From an uncultured Bdellovibrionales bacterium (GTDB lineage Bacteria > Patescibacteriota > Minisyncoccia > Moranbacterales > UBA1568), in NCBI GenBank assembly GCA_964420045.1, contig CAYQPQ010000003.1, positions 1 through 63,847 on the forward strand: DNA of 63,847 bases. The letters are read 5' to 3'. Of this stretch, positions 62,509 to 63,847 are shown piece by piece. Within the stretch, counting starts at the first letter, position 1. Each line of letters starts with the position of its first letter. The translations under genes were made by a program, and so were the position numbers. A model generated the notes under the pieces. It had not been told where the DNA came from. It saw only the letters and a program-made list of their open reading frames with translations, and searched no databases.

Positions 62509-63148
62509 GCTCACGCCGCCATCGATCGATATCGGCATGATTCCCGGAAAGCAACACTTCCGGAACGCACCACTCGTTGAACACCTCCGGCTTGGTATAT
62601 TGCGGGTGTTCGAGATATCCCGGTTCGCGATGAGACTCGGTATCTGCGCTCGTCTCATTACCAAGAACGCCCGGCACGAGACGCGCCACCGCATCAACTA
62701 TCACAAGCGCTGGAAGCTCGCCACCCGTCAACACGAAGTCACCGATCGACAGTTCTTCATCCGCCATATATTCCGCCACACGCTCGTCGACTCCCTCATA
62801 ACGCCCGCAAATAAGAACGATCTGCTCATATGCCGACAATCGTCGGGCGTCTTCCTGTCGGAACGGCTTCCCTTTCGCCGAGAGCAACACGATGCGACGT
62901 GACAAATCGGCATGCGCCACTTTCAAAGATTCGACCGCCTTCCAAATCGGTTCCACTTTCATCACCATGCCCGCCCCGCCGCCATAGGGCGTATCGTCCG
63001 TCTTGTGATGCTTGTCGGTCGCAAAGTCACGAATATTGTGCGCCGCAATCGAGATATGTCCCGCCTCCTGCGCGCGTTTCAAAATAGACTCGCCGAGATA
63101 GGAGTCGAATATATATGGAAAAAGAGTAAGGATATCAAAACGCATCAT
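62492..63148 (-). CDS. trmD: tRNA (guanine37-N1)-methyltransferase
   Basis: [40 protein letters not shown] 63148 preferred over 63199. Confidence 0.9.
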   Translation of the reverse strand: MMRFDILTLFPYIFDSYLGESILKRAQEAGHISIAAHNIRDFATDKHHKTDDTPYGGGAGMVMKVEPIWKAVESLKVAHADLSRRIVLLSAKGKPFRQEDARRLSAYEQIVLICGRYEGVDERVAEYMADEELSIGDFVLTGGELPALVIVDAVARLVPGVLGNETSADTESHREPGYLEHPQYTKPEVFNEWCVPEVLLSGNHADIDRWRREHASPA

Positions 63149-63291
63149 CCTGGTTATAATAGCACGCCCCAAACAAGCAAAAAAGTAACGCGACATCAAG
63201 AATTCAGCTCAACAAAAAAAACGAGCCGCCGATTCTCCTTATTATTCGGAAAACAGGCGGCATAATAAGGAGGCTGCACTACAAAGCCCGC

Positions 63292-63573
63292 TCAATCACA
63301 CGGATACACCCTCCCATACTGATCGCGACAGTACCGAGGAGGCGGACCGGGATCGTAGCGGTGCCGAGAACGTCCGCGGTACCGATAATACCCCGGAGGC
63401 GGACCCGGATCATACCGACGCCCATGGTGATATTCATTGGACCGATCGCTGACAACAGCGCCTGCGAGAGCGCCAATGGCAGCTCCCCCGAGAATAGCCC
63501 GATCCCGATCCGTACAAGCAGTCAACAAAAGTACTGCAGACAGAACACTTACCACTTTCCACGAACTTTTCAC
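63292..63573 (-). CDS. Small lipoprotein with a glycine-zipper segment and a Pro-rich tandem repeat
   Basis: GTG start with AAGGAG 7 nt upstream. Signal peptide plus lipobox LLTAC, glycine zipper AILGGAAIGALAGAVV, and RYDPGPPP twice. Confidence 0.65.
   Translation of the reverse strand: MKSSWKVVSVLSAVLLLTACTDRDRAILGGAAIGALAGAVVSDRSNEYHHGRRYDPGPPPGYYRYRGRSRHRYDPGPPPRYCRDQYGRVYPCD
63337..63417. repeat. In-frame 24-nt repeat pair encoding RYDPGPPP (63337-63360 and 63394-63417)
   Basis: CGCTACGATCCCGGTCCGCCTCCT versus CGGTATGATCCGGGTCCGCCTCCG on the coding strand, 57 nt apart. Confidence 0.8.
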
Positions 63574-63792
63574 TGCTTACTCCTTCCCCGAATTTTTTCG
63601 GGAGTATGTACAAGCAACTAGAAATAGAAACACACTCTTTGCAAGCCCTCTCTGTATAGCACAAAACAAAATATCTGTCGAGAGTCTACGCATTTCCCGT
63701 CTACCTTTAGCATAATTCTCATACGGTGGTTTTCCATGCTGTAGAAAAACACAAAAAGTGATACTCCTCGCATCATCAAAGAAGGTAAGCCA

Positions 63793-63832
63793 AAAAAAAC
63801 TCCCCCGCCAGGCATCCTGCCTGTGGGGGTAA
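63793..63832 (-). terminator. Rho-independent terminator for a minus-strand gene lying beyond the window end
   Basis: On the minus strand, CCCCCACAGGCAGGATGCCTGGCGGGGG forms a stem (CAGGCA/TGCCTG plus C5/G5) followed by AGTTTTTTTT. Confidence 0.55.
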
Positions 63833-63847
63833 ATTACTACATAAGCG

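Noticed and set aside
62509-62697. N-terminal extension of the ftsW ORF running about 200 nt into trmD
   Set aside because: The extension has no membrane or SEDS character. ATG 62508 gives a short basic cytoplasmic N-terminus before TM1. A residual 17-nt overlap with trmD remains, so the exact start is still uncertain.
63337-63417. Short direct repeats at the window end as a possible CRISPR or minisatellite array
   Set aside because: There are only two copies, they are in frame within a coding sequence (RYDPGPPP), and there is no spacer-repeat periodicity. I saw no CRISPR-like array anywhere in the window.
1-63847. Alternative genetic code (UGA recoding, as in some candidate phyla) or a diversity-generating retroelement
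   Set aside because: All recognisable genes are full length under the standard code, with TGA, TAA and TAG used as stops. No reverse-transcriptase motif (YxDD) and no template/variable repeat pair was seen.

Overview
This is a 63.8-kb bacterial chromosomal window with moderate GC and compact, mostly overlapping or abutting genes. The mix of minimal housekeeping genes, an archaeal-type UMP kinase and an editing-domain-less ProRS fits a reduced-genome lineage such as CPR/Patescibacteria, but that assignment is inference only. I can support about 55 protein genes, one tRNA-Val(CAC), one intact IS982-family element that has split a small membrane-protein gene, and one IS30 transposase remnant. 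I saw no rRNA, no CRISPR array and no reverse transcriptase. Housekeeping blocks are rplI-pyrG-ruvX; galT-tpiA-fba-gap; malic enzyme-trxB; rpmA; proS-pyrH; and a long minus-strand unit trmD-ftsW-murG-murC-murB-hpf-recJ. The most unusual content is at 1.6-17.4 kb, a mirror-symmetric envelope-glycosylation supercluster. It holds six polytopic GT-C-type glycosyltransferases: four tandem paralogues of one family, flanked by an inverted pair of a second family. It also holds two membrane-anchored GH28 (exo-polygalacturonase-like) proteins, a YdjC/NaxD-family deacetylase and an ArnC/RgtE-like polyprenyl-phosphate-sugar synthase. I read this as an expanded lipid-carrier-dependent surface-glycan modification system with an unknown acceptor. 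Other points of interest are a fusion of a PP-loop (MurL-like?) domain to MurD, a GldA/GldF-GldG/DUF4340 ABC module, and a MacA/MacB-like pair with an insertion in the ATPase and no permease. A second envelope module lies at 43.5-47.2 kb, next to a mobile-element scar at 42.7-43.5 kb. All functional calls rest on motifs read by eye from the ORF translations; no database search was run.
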